Virus record (IMG/VR): IMGVR_UViG_3300025896_000021 | Length of the DNA stretch: 64,000 nt | Reading direction: 5' to 3' (one strand) | From: a virus | Lineage: Duplodnaviria; Heunggongvirae; Uroviricota; Caudoviricetes | Shown here: positions 18,667-27,832 of the stretch, in pieces | How the letters are laid out: every line of letters begins with the position of its first letter | Position numbering within the stretch: the first letter of the stretch is position 1 | Translations under genes and position numbers: made by a program | The notes under the pieces: generated by a model | Database searches by the model: none | What the model was told of the DNA's origin: nothing | The model's input: only the letters and a program-made list of their open reading frames with translations

Positions 18667-19049
18667 TGAGATCCTTTGAATTTATCATAGAATCCGCACA
18701 GCGTGTAGGGCCCGTCTATCACGGGACAAGTGGTTCCTTTACTAATTTTAATGATGCTACATTGGGAACCAGTACAGGTGATCCCAACACAGTGTTAGGA
18801 CATTTTTTTACTTCCTCAAAAGAAGAAGCACTACTGTATGGTAAAAATATCATCGCTGCTCAATTAGTACTGCGCAATCCATACGAAGCTACTATGGATG
18901 AGTTGGTTGGTTTGGATGAAGAAGATTATCAAACAATGCGTGAAGAACTGATAGGAGATGGATACGACAGTATTATTGCTCCGCATGATGAAGGTGATGG
19001 CGTGTGGTATGTTGCATTCTCTGATAATCAAATTAAAATAATACAATAA
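18666..19049 (+). CDS. Putative ADP-ribosyltransferase-fold protein (ART-PolyVal-like) with capsid-targeting-like N-terminus
   Basis: Start at ATG 18666, MRSFEFIIES; 'VYHGT..F..F', 'GHFFT...A..YG', 'GYDSII', 'YVAF..NQIK'. Confidence 0.55.
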   Translation: MRSFEFIIESAQRVGPVYHGTSGSFTNFNDATLGTSTGDPNTVLGHFFTSSKEEALLYGKNIIAAQLVLRNPYEATMDELVGLDEEDYQTMREELIGDGYDSIIAPHDEGDGVWYVAFSDNQIKIIQ

Positions 19050-19063
19050 GGTTAACCTAAACA

Positions 19064-19093
19064 TTGACTTTTGACACACTCCTGTAGTATACT
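19064..19093 (+). promoter_or_regulatory. sigma70-type promoter
   Basis: TTGACT-18bp-TATACT. Confidence 0.7.
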
Positions 19094-19115
19094 TGTGCTA
19101 TAGGAGTTTTTCTTT

Positions 19116-19751
19116 ATGATTATAGGCGTAACGGGTTTTATCGGTAGTGGCAAAGATACAGTCGCTAATTATCTCACAACACATCATGGATTTAAGAAGT
19201 TAAGTTTTGCCGCATCGTTAAAAGATGCCGTTGCAAGTGTGTTTGGTTGGGATAGAGAACTACTAGAGGGTTCTACAAAGAGTAGCAGAGAATGGCGAGA
19301 ACAAGTCGATCCATGGTGGAGTAATCGCTTAAATATCCCTGAACTTACCCCTAGATGGATTCTACAATACTGGGGCACTGAAGTATGTCGCAATCACTTT
19401 CATAATGATATCTGGGTAGCAAGTGTGCAGAACAAACTGCGAGTAGCAACCGATAATATTGTAATCACTGATTGCCGTTTTGCTAATGAAGTACTAGCAA
19501 TCAAAGAAGTAGGTGGTGTTACTACCCGTGTTGAACGTGGTCCTAGACCAGAATGGTATGATGCAGCTATTGCTTTTAATCGCGGACCTAATGGCAACGC
19601 TGAATGGGCAGTCAGTAAAGGAACACTAGATCGTCTACACATTCATGCAAGCGAATACTCTAGTGTAGGACTGAATTATGATTCTTGGCTAGACAACAAC
19701 CAAACGATTGATGACTTGCATAGTCAAGTTGAGAAGTTAATCAACCTCTAA
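19116..19751 (+). CDS. 1: Deoxynucleoside monophosphate kinase (T4 gp1-like)
   Basis: 'IIGVTGFIGSGKDT', 'SFAASLKD', 'PRWILQYWGTE..R', 'ITDCRF.NE'. Confidence 0.9.
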   Translation: MIIGVTGFIGSGKDTVANYLTTHHGFKKLSFAASLKDAVASVFGWDRELLEGSTKSSREWREQVDPWWSNRLNIPELTPRWILQYWGTEVCRNHFHNDIWVASVQNKLRVATDNIVITDCRFANEVLAIKEVGGVTTRVERGPRPEWYDAAIAFNRGPNGNAEWAVSKGTLDRLHIHASEYSSVGLNYDSWLDNNQTIDDLHSQVEKLINL

Positions 19752-20078
19752 ATCCCCACGTTTCCAAGTAACGTCTTTTTTCTTCACTACTTCAACACAG
19801 TTTAAACAAATTGTTCTGAGGTTAGTGAAGTCAGCATTCTCTAACTTACCGTCTATGTGAAACACTGTTGTTTGCGTAGTAAATAAACTCTTAAACCCAC
19901 ATAAGTCACATGTGGGTTTTTTCTTGTAGCCAGCCTTCTTCCACGAAGGTGTTCTTGGCACTAACTTCGCTTTCTTCCTTCCACACTCATCACACATCCT
20001 GCGATAGTGCGTGATACCGTTACGGTTGTAATTTACTGCACAATTATTCTTGTTGCAAGTGGAGCAGATGGGCCTCAT
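19737..20078 (-). CDS. Small Zn-finger/HNH-like protein
   Basis: Multiple CxxC pairs; 'CDLCG...HIDG..EN..FTNLRTICLNC'. Confidence 0.6.
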   Translation of the reverse strand: MRPICSTCNKNNCAVNYNRNGITHYRRMCDECGRKKAKLVPRTPSWKKAGYKKKPTCDLCGFKSLFTTQTTVFHIDGKLENADFTNLRTICLNCVEVVKKKDVTWKRGDLEVD

Positions 20079-20199
20079 ACTTTATTTAGTCCAAAAAACC
20101 TTCGAAGGTACGGTTATTGGGGCTTTTTATGGCATTACTGCTAAATATTAACAGATAAGGTAATCCTTACATCAAGTATAACATTAAAGGAAATAAAAC

Positions 20200-23100
20200 A
20201 TGGCACTAGTATCACCTGGCGTAGAAGTAACAGTTATTGACCAAAGTCAATATTTACCGTCTGCCTCAAGCTCAGTTCCGTTGATCGTTTTAGCTACTGC
20301 ACAAAGTAAAGCAAATGCAGCAGGTACAGCAATCGCAGCGGCGACAACAAAATCAACAGCTAACAAGTTGTATCAAGTAACAAGTCAACGTGACTTAGTT
20401 ACATTGTACGGGAATCCATTCTTCTACAAAACCACTAACGGCACTCCAATTCATGGATATGAATTAAACGAATACGGCTTGCTAGCTGCGTATTCATTGT
20501 TGGGTTCAACTAATCGTGCTTATATTTTACGTGCAGACGTAGATTTAGCTGACTTTGTTGGAGCAATTTCTCGTCCATCAGGCGAACCAAATAATGGTCA
20601 ATATTGGTTAGATACTACTAACACTAATTGGGGTATCTTTGAATTTGATGCTTCTACTGGTGATTTTACTAACAAGATCCCTTTCATATTGAATGATGCA
20701 ACTTATGTTGTCGCAGACAAGCCAAAAGACATTATTGGTAATATCGGTGACTATGCAGTAATTGCATATCCTCAAAATTTAGCTAAATCTTCTTATTTCT
20801 TCAAGTCACGTTTTAATACATGGGTTGCAATAGGTGGAAGAGAATGGCAAGCATCTATTCCTGCAGTAGCAGGAACAATCTCTAATCCTACATTGAGCGC
20901 AGGTGATACATTTACTATCACATTACCTCTACCAGAAGGAAGCGTTACTGTAGCAGTACCTAGCTCTCCGAATAACAATGTTAACGGACTAGCAACTGCA
21001 ATCAACAACAAGAATTTGCAATATATCGAGGCAAGCGTTATTTCAGGTAAGTTGTCATTGGCATGTACTATGCCACCGACACAACAGACCTTCAGTCCTG
21101 CGTTCACACTTGCTTCAGTAAGCGGTACTATTTTAAATGATCTTGGTATTAGTGCTAAGACTTATTATGCACCAACATTTACTTCAGCTCCTAGTGCTAA
21201 AATGCCATTATGGACTGCTAGTCAAACTCAACCTCATCCGTCAGGCTCTGTGTGGTTAAAAACATCAGCATCTGGTAATGGATTGAACATTGTGTTATCT
21301 CGTTATAATATTGCAACTGGTGCATATGGTACAGTTAATGTACCTACATATCGTACTGAAGACGTAGCAACTGCTACATTAGATAGTTCAGGCGGCGCAG
21401 CAATTCTAAAAGATACAGTATATGCTCAGTTTCCTGACGTGACTGATCCAGACCAAGCTGTTGTATTATGGACAAGACTTGCAACTGGAGCTACAGTAGT
21501 AACAGGATCAATCGCATCACCGACTATTACTTCAGGTAATAGCATTAGTGTTATTGTTACAACACCTGGTGTAGCACCTACTGTCTGGGGTTCACAGGGC
21601 ACTGTTTATAATTTTAATAATACTGGTACTACATTAGATTCATTTATTAATGATTGGGTCGCTGCTCGTATTCCATACACTACTATTACTAAGACAACAT
21701 CAGGTACTGTGCAAATTGCACACACTTTAGGTGGTCAGATTTATATCAATCCTAGAAATTCATCTACTGGTGTAACATCTACTGTACTAAGTGACTTAGG
21801 ACTAATCGCCGGTACAACTACTGGTGTTAAAAGTGTAGGCTACTGGCCATTCACTAATGTTGGTGCTAATGCAACAAGTTCATCAGGTGGTGGTGCAGGT
21901 GCAGTGTTTAGTGTTACTTCAACCACTTATGCATATACTATCAATAGTATTAGCTCAGGCGGCGGTGGCTATTCAGTCGGTGACGTTGTTACTATTTCAG
22001 GAGATCAGCTAGCAGGAACAAGTCCACTTAATGACTTAGCTGTAGTAATAACTGCAATAAATGCAGGACAAATTACAGCAGTCGCAATTAAGTCAGGTAT
22101 CCCAGCTACTTTCAATGTTGTATCACTTTCAAACTGGGTACCATTAGATTACACCGCTAATGAAGGTGCTCCAGTTATGATGCCAGCAGATGGCAAGCAT
22201 TGGTTTTACAGTACACCTACTCAAGTTGATATCATGGTTAAACGTGGTACAAGTTGGAAAGGTTACAATAACGTAGCGTTCGATGCATCTGGACATCCAA
22301 CTGGGTCGAATACTGGATCAGGACTAACGAACCCAACTGGTCCTATCTTGTCACCTTCTACTCCTGCAGCAACTACAGGTCAAACTGATGGTACTCCATT
22401 AGTATACGGTGATATCTGGATTGATACCGGTGATCTAGAAAACTATCCAATGATGTATCTTTGGAAAGATGTTCGCGGTGTACCACAGTGGGTAGCTATT
22501 GACAAGACTGACCAAGTTAGTTCTAACGGTGTGTTATTTGCAGACGCACGATGGGCAAGTACTGGCTCAGTAGATCCAGTTCAAGATCCTATTCCATCTA
22601 TCACTGGTTTATTAACTAGTGATCACTTAGATTTAGATGCGCCGGATCCGGCACTATACCCACAAGGTATGTTACTATTCAACACACGCCGTTCAGGATA
22701 TAACGTTAAGCGATTCGTAAAAGAATACTTCACTGGTAAAGACTTCCCTAACGCAGGGTCATATGATCCTAATGCTCCGCAAACTAATACTAACTTACCA
22801 TTAGTAACTCACGCATGGGTAAGTGCAAGTGGATTGAAAGCAGATGGTTCAGCATATATGGGTCGTAAATCTCAACGTGCTATGGTCGTAGCTGCTCTAA
22901 AAGCAGCAATCGGTACTAATCAAACTATTCGTGAAGAAGACAACTTCTTTAACTTGATTTCATGCCCTGGTTATCCAGAGCTACAATCAGACATGGTAGC
23001 ATTGAACAATGACCGTCACAACACAGCGTACATCGTTGGTGATACACCATTGCGTTTGAATGATCAAGCAACTTCTATCACGAACTGGGCAACTAATGCT

Positions 23101-23802
23101 GCATTCGCAACTTCAAGTGGCGAAGATGGTTGGGTTACTCGTGACAGTTACTTAGGTGTGTTCTATCCAAGTGGTATTACAACAGATTTATCAGGTTCTC
23201 CTGCTGTTGTTCCTGCAAGTCACATGATGTTACGTACATTGTTACGCAATGATACTATCGCTTATCCTTGGTTAGCTCCAGCTGGTGTTCGCCGTGGTAC
23301 TATTGACAATGCTACGAACATTGGATACTTAGATTCAACTACTGGTGAATTCCAAGTAGTTAAGAATCGTATGAGTATCCGTGATGTACTTTACACGAAC
23401 CAAATCAACCCAATGGCTTACTTTACTGGCGTTGGCTTGTTGAACTACGGTAACAAAAACAGCTTTGACTCACAAAGTGCTATGGATCGTATCAACGTTT
23501 CTCGTCTAGTAGCTTACATTCGTGAACGTCTGCAAGTTGCGGCTCGTCCGTTCGTATTCGAACCAAACGATTCGTTAACTCGTCAGCAAATTGCAGGTGT
23601 AGTTCAATCATTGTTTATCGACTTAGTTGCTAAACGTGGTCTGTACGACTATCTAGTAGTATGTGATTCTAGTAACAACACTCCTTCTCGTATTGATAGA
23701 AACGAGTTGTGGATTGATATTGCAATTGAGCCTGTAAAGGCAGCAGAATTCATCTACATCCCTGTTCGTCTATTGAACACTGGAGCTCTCGGAGCAGCGT
23801 AA
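20200..23802 (+). CDS. 18: Tail sheath protein (gp18-like), 1200 aa with large central insertion
   Basis: 'MALVSPGVEVTVID' N-terminus; C-terminal 'RINVSRL', 'FEPND..TR', 'IEPVKAAEFIYI'. Confidence 0.95.
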   Translation: MALVSPGVEVTVIDQSQYLPSASSSVPLIVLATAQSKANAAGTAIAAATTKSTANKLYQVTSQRDLVTLYGNPFFYKTTNGTPIHGYELNEYGLLAAYSLLGSTNRAYILRADVDLADFVGAISRPSGEPNNGQYWLDTTNTNWGIFEFDASTGDFTNKIPFILNDATYVVADKPKDIIGNIGDYAVIAYPQNLAKSSYFFKSRFNTWVAIGGREWQASIPAVAGTISNPTLSAGDTFTITLPLPEGSVTVAVPSSPNNNVNGLATAINNKNLQYIEASVISGKLSLACTMPPTQQTFSPAFTLASVSGTILNDLGISAKTYYAPTFTSAPSAKMPLWTASQTQPHPSGSVWLKTSASGNGLNIVLSRYNIATGAYGTVNVPTYRTEDVATATLDSSGGAAILKDTVYAQFPDVTDPDQAVVLWTRLATGATVVTGSIASPTITSGNSISVIVTTPGVAPTVWGSQGTVYNFNNTGTTLDSFINDWVAARIPYTTITKTTSGTVQIAHTLGGQIYINPRNSSTGVTSTVLSDLGLIAGTTTGVKSVGYWPFTNVGANATSSSGGGAGAVFSVTSTTYAYTINSISSGGGGYSVGDVVTISGDQLAGTSPLNDLAVVITAINAGQITAVAIKSGIPATFNVVSLSNWVPLDYTANEGAPVMMPADGKHWFYSTPTQVDIMVKRGTSWKGYNNVAFDASGHPTGSNTGSGLTNPTGPILSPSTPAATTGQTDGTPLVYGDIWIDTGDLENYPMMYLWKDVRGVPQWVAIDKTDQVSSNGVLFADARWASTGSVDPVQDPIPSITGLLTSDHLDLDAPDPALYPQGMLLFNTRRSGYNVKRFVKEYFTGKDFPNAGSYDPNAPQTNTNLPLVTHAWVSASGLKADGSAYMGRKSQRAMVVAALKAAIGTNQTIREEDNFFNLISCPGYPELQSDMVALNNDRHNTAYIVGDTPLRLNDQATSITNWATNAAFATSSGEDGWVTRDSYLGVFYPSGITTDLSGSPAVVPASHMMLRTLLRNDTIAYPWLAPAGVRRGTIDNATNIGYLDSTTGEFQVVKNRMSIRDVLYTNQINPMAYFTGVGLLNYGNKNSFDSQSAMDRINVSRLVAYIRERLQVAARPFVFEPNDSLTRQQIAGVVQSLFIDLVAKRGLYDYLVVCDSSNNTPSRIDRNELWIDIAIEPVKAAEFIYIPVRLLNTGALGAA

Positions 23803-23805
23803 TAT

Positions 23806-23833
23806 AAAAGCTCCCTGGAAACGGGGAGTTTTT
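23806..23833 (+). terminator. Rho-independent terminator after sheath
   Basis: aaaagctccc-tggaaac-ggggagttttt. Confidence 0.75.
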
Positions 23834-23863
23834 TAAGATAAATAATATATAGGAGATACACAA

Positions 23864-24496
23864 ATGGCAATAGCCTCACAATCATTGTTCAACATGACCG
23901 TAGGAGCAGATAACACACCGAGTTCGCAAGGTCTGTTGATGCCGAAACTACAATATCGTTTCCGAGCACTATTCATCAACTTCGGTGTTGGTGGTTCTAC
24001 TCAGGAAATCACGAAGCAAGTTATGGACATTCAACGTCCAAGCCTTTCATTCGAAGAAATCGCACTAGACATTTACAACAGCAAGATTTATCTAGCTGGT
24101 AAGCATACTTGGGCAGAAACACAAATCAACTTGCGTGATGATGCAGGCGGTAATGTTACTAAACTAGTTGGTCAACAATTACAGAAGCAATTCGATTTTG
24201 TTGAACAAGCAAGTGCTGCAACTGGTCAAGATTACAAGTTCCAAATTAATTACGAAGTACTAGACGGCGGAAACGGCACTATGGTTCCTAACGTTTTAGA
24301 AACTTGGGAATTGTATGGATGCTTTATCAAGTCAGCTAACTACAATAACATGGATTATAAATCAAATGAACCTGCAACAATTCAGTTATCAATTCGCTTT
24401 GATAACGCAGTTCAAAGTCCATTGAGTTCTGGTATTGGTACCTCAGTTGGTCGTGCTTCTGGTGGAACAGCAGTAACTGGTATTGGACGTATCTAA
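23864..24496 (+). CDS. 19: Tail tube protein (gp19-like)
   Basis: Follows sheath; 'QYRFRALF', 'YLAGKHTW..TQINLRDD', 'WELYGCF'; GATAAATA 23837-23844. Confidence 0.85.
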   Translation: MAIASQSLFNMTVGADNTPSSQGLLMPKLQYRFRALFINFGVGGSTQEITKQVMDIQRPSLSFEEIALDIYNSKIYLAGKHTWAETQINLRDDAGGNVTKLVGQQLQKQFDFVEQASAATGQDYKFQINYEVLDGGNGTMVPNVLETWELYGCFIKSANYNNMDYKSNEPATIQLSIRFDNAVQSPLSSGIGTSVGRASGGTAVTGIGRI

Positions 24497-25650
24497 TGTC
24501 AGGACTAATCCAGGATCTATTAACTGATGTAGCTACTGGATTTTTCGGTAATGATTACTTGCGTGACTACACCCACGCAAGTAAAACTTTTAGAACCGGC
24601 TCATATGGTTATGCGCCGAAGTTCAAGCATTTATTTCACGTGTATTTTGACATTAACACTGATTTGATACCTGCATCAAAAAGCTGGCCTACATTAGCCG
24701 CTGATAGAAACTTTGGTCTAGCAGTTAAGACAGTGCAACTACCTAAGTATAGTTTTGATCTTCATACTTTAAATCAGTACAATCGAAAACGAATTGTACA
24801 GACTAAGATTAAGTATGATCCTATTCAAATCACCTTTCATGATGATAATGCTGATTTGATACGTAAATTATGGCATACTTACTATACATATTATTATAAA
24901 GATGCAGCAACTCCTGACATGAATCCAGGGATAACAAGCGGTAGAGATATATATGATCCTATATCTACTACAGGACATGATTGGGGCTACATTGGCGAAG
25001 GTACTTCACCAGCTAGCGGGTCAGTTGTAGGCTCGACTAAGCCATGCTTCTTCAAAACGATTAGAGTGTATGGTTTCAATCAACATAACTTTTCTTTGTA
25101 CACTTATGTAAATCCTATAATTGAGAGTTTTGGTCACGATACTTATAGCTATGCTGAATCAGGTACGATGGAGCACAACATGACTATTCAGTATGAAACG
25201 GTCAAGTACTATTCAGGTGCAATCAATGGTCAACGTCCAAGTGACATTGTTCAGCAGTTCGGTGATGTGACACATTATGATAATACGATGAGTCCTATTG
25301 CACGTCCAGGATCAAATGCTTCTATCTTGGGACCAAACGGATTGTTATCTACTGCGAGCGGTATTATTAATGATCTAACCCCTGACGAAGCAGGAAACAT
25401 CAACTTGTTTGGTGCGTTACAAGCAGGTGGCACCCTATTGAATACTTTTAAGAATCCAAAAAGTATATTAGCAGCAGCAAAATCAGATGCACTGGGACTA
25501 GCAATGGATACGGTAAAAGGTACGCCAAACAGGAATACATTGTTCAACTTTCCGGCCGCATCATCATCAGTGATGACCTCGACTAATAGTACGATAGGTA
25601 CCATGTTCAAAGGTGTAGCTAAAAACCCACAAGTACCACCTAACTCGTAA
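24496..25650 (+). CDS. Tube-fold paralog (tube initiator / gp48-gp54-like)
   Basis: 'KTVQLPKYSF...NQYNRKR..QTKIKYDPIQITFHDD'. Confidence 0.6.
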   Translation: MSGLIQDLLTDVATGFFGNDYLRDYTHASKTFRTGSYGYAPKFKHLFHVYFDINTDLIPASKSWPTLAADRNFGLAVKTVQLPKYSFDLHTLNQYNRKRIVQTKIKYDPIQITFHDDNADLIRKLWHTYYTYYYKDAATPDMNPGITSGRDIYDPISTTGHDWGYIGEGTSPASGSVVGSTKPCFFKTIRVYGFNQHNFSLYTYVNPIIESFGHDTYSYAESGTMEHNMTIQYETVKYYSGAINGQRPSDIVQQFGDVTHYDNTMSPIARPGSNASILGPNGLLSTASGIINDLTPDEAGNINLFGALQAGGTLLNTFKNPKSILAAAKSDALGLAMDTVKGTPNRNTLFNFPAASSSVMTSTNSTIGTMFKGVAKNPQVPPNS

Positions 25651-25672
25651 TAAATACACAAAGAGGTATTTT

Positions 25673-26035
25673 ATGGCACAGATAATCGATGGTCCACGTT
25701 CACAACTAGACACTACAGTAAGAGTTTTTGATAGTTTTTATAACTACGAAGCCGCAGTCAATGCGGATGCATATGAAATTGTAAATTCATATTTCAGATC
25801 AGTGTGCGCTAATACTAGCATAGCAAATAATTTCACATCAATGTTATTTAGAATTGTTAGTTTAACTGGTCAAGATGCAATGACATTATTAGACAACATT
25901 CAGGGTACTACTAAGTTAGAGACTACTGCGATGATGGCATACTATCTTAACAGTTTAAAAAGTAAGACTACATTATACGGTGTTAGTGTCGTTCCATCCC
26001 CCAATGAAAATGTTCAGCGCAACATAGTCACATAA
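25673..26035 (+). CDS. Hypothetical late protein
   Basis: AATAAATA 25649-25656, GAGG RBS. Confidence 0.65.
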   Translation: MAQIIDGPRSQLDTTVRVFDSFYNYEAAVNADAYEIVNSYFRSVCANTSIANNFTSMLFRIVSLTGQDAMTLLDNIQGTTKLETTAMMAYYLNSLKSKTTLYGVSVVPSPNENVQRNIVT

Positions 26036-26472
26036 TGTCTAGATTTGCACAAGGTCTTTACGAAGTTAAAAATCCCCATAAGTATATGGGTAATCATAAA
26101 CCACGATATCGTAGTGGTTGGGAATTCACATTCATGACCTTTTGTGATAATAATAAAAGCATTCTTAAATGGGCCAGCGAATCAATTGCTATTCCCTATA
26201 TGAATCCTATCACAGGGAAACGATCTAACTACATCCCTGATTTCTTCATTGTATACGAGAACAAGTTCGGCAAGCAAGTTGCTGAAATGGTAGAAATCAA
26301 ACCAAAGAAACAAAGTCTAATTGAAAGTAGAACAGCTAATGCAAGAGACAGAGCAATTGTAGCAGTAAACCATGCTAAATGGGCAGCAGCAAGAGCATAT
26401 TGCATACAAAATCACTTTACATTTCGTGTTATTACTGAAGATGACCTTTTTCATCAAGGAAGACGCAAGTAA
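26035..26472 (+). CDS. 4: Head completion nuclease (T4 gp4-like, TnsA-N family)
   Basis: 'YRSGWE..FM.FCD', 'WASE.IAIPY', 'YIPDF', 'VEIKP'. Confidence 0.85.
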   Translation: MSRFAQGLYEVKNPHKYMGNHKPRYRSGWEFTFMTFCDNNKSILKWASESIAIPYMNPITGKRSNYIPDFFIVYENKFGKQVAEMVEIKPKKQSLIESRTANARDRAIVAVNHAKWAAARAYCIQNHFTFRVITEDDLFHQGRRK

Positions 26473-26498
26473 TAAATACTACTATATAGGATTATAGT

Positions 26499-26981
26499 AT
26501 GACGAAAAAACTGTCTGAGTTGTTTGAACTCCCGACTGATGACACTGATGTGAATGAGCATATGCTTGAGAAAGCGGAAGCCGACATAGTTACTCAGGAA
26601 GCATACGACACACTAGAAAAGATTGAAAATGCATTACCGCAAGTTCGCGGATTAGAATCAAGCGATAATGAGATGGATGATCTAGCTAAACTAGCTACTG
26701 ACAGCTACAAAGACTTGATGGATTTAGGTATGCAAGTTGATAGTCGTTTTGCTAGTGAGATATTTAACAGTGCTAGCAGTATGTTGGGCCATGCTATCAC
26801 GGCGAAGACAGCTAAGATTAATAAGAAATTGAAGATGCTAGACTTACAGCTTAAAAAAGCTGCATTAGATCAGAAGATTGCTGGCAAAACAGAAGAAATT
26901 GAGAATACACCGTTGGGTGAAGGTAGCTTAGTAGATCGTAACGAACTGCTTAAAACCATTCTGGCTAACAAAAAAACGTAA
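26499..26981 (+). CDS. Probable terminase small subunit (gp16-like)
   Basis: 160 aa helical; 'DSRFASEIF' resembles the gp16 PR..EV motif; C-terminal 'DRNELLK'; adjacent to gp4. Confidence 0.45.
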   Translation: MTKKLSELFELPTDDTDVNEHMLEKAEADIVTQEAYDTLEKIENALPQVRGLESSDNEMDDLAKLATDSYKDLMDLGMQVDSRFASEIFNSASSMLGHAITAKTAKINKKLKMLDLQLKKAALDQKIAGKTEEIENTPLGEGSLVDRNELLKTILANKKT

Positions 26982-27011
26982 TATAGATAAATATATAATA
27001 GGAACAACATA

Positions 27012-27614
27012 ATGAAAAGCCTCAGACATTACTTAACAGAAAGCGTTCATACGTATCGTTATACGATTAAAATCGTCGGCGAACTTGACAAAAACTTTCT
27101 GGACATGTTCACGTACAACTTGAACAAATTCGATCCTGTTAAAATTGAAGACCCGAAGACTACCCCAATTCAGAAAAACCCATATGGTTTCCCTGGTGCG
27201 GAAGAAAATCAAAGTGTAACAATTATCAAAGCTGAATTCAAATATCCAGCAACAGAACCAATGATTCAGCAAATTGCTCAACAACTTGGGTACAACATCA
27301 ATAATGTTAGAGTAATGACTACTGATTACAATGATAGTATCAATGCTGAGAACGACAAGTATGCAAATGAAGATGACTCTGACAAGCCATTATTAGATCA
27401 AGAAACATTACCAGACAATGGTAAAGAAGCAAGCAAAGACTATGCAAATCAATACTTAGATAAGGTTCTTCCTAAGAAGCCTAGTCTTGATATGCAGTAC
27501 GATGCAAAGAAAACCCCAACAGCCCCAAATAATAGTAAAGAAGGTGTTAACACTAAGAGCCCATTCAGTAGTGTTAAGATGCCTCCTAGACCAGAGACTG
27601 GGGCCAGAAAATGA
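27012..27614 (+). CDS. Hypothetical head-associated protein (MKSLRHYLTES)
   Basis: GATAAATA 26986-26993; capsid-targeting-like N-terminus. Confidence 0.55.
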   Translation: MKSLRHYLTESVHTYRYTIKIVGELDKNFLDMFTYNLNKFDPVKIEDPKTTPIQKNPYGFPGAEENQSVTIIKAEFKYPATEPMIQQIAQQLGYNINNVRVMTTDYNDSINAENDKYANEDDSDKPLLDQETLPDNGKEASKDYANQYLDKVLPKKPSLDMQYDAKKTPTAPNNSKEGVNTKSPFSSVKMPPRPETGARK

Positions 27615-27832
27615 TTGATTTCAACGCTAGCCAATTAACATGGATAGTTATCGGTGCTTGCTCAATGGGCGGCACGGGATATCTTACAATGGACGGCAAG
27701 ATGAAAGAATTAGATACTAAAATTGAAATTAGTAGTGTAAAGATGGACAACGTTAAAGTTGATCTTGCTGAACTACACAAGCAACTAGTACGTATCGAAG
27801 ACAAATTAGACAAGAAACAAGGATTAAAATAA
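27611..27832 (+). CDS. Small single-TM coiled-coil protein
   Basis: Hydrophobic 'LTWIVIGACSMGGTGYL' followed by a heptad pattern. Confidence 0.55.
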   Translation: MIDFNASQLTWIVIGACSMGGTGYLTMDGKMKELDTKIEISSVKMDNVKVDLAELHKQLVRIEDKLDKKQGLK

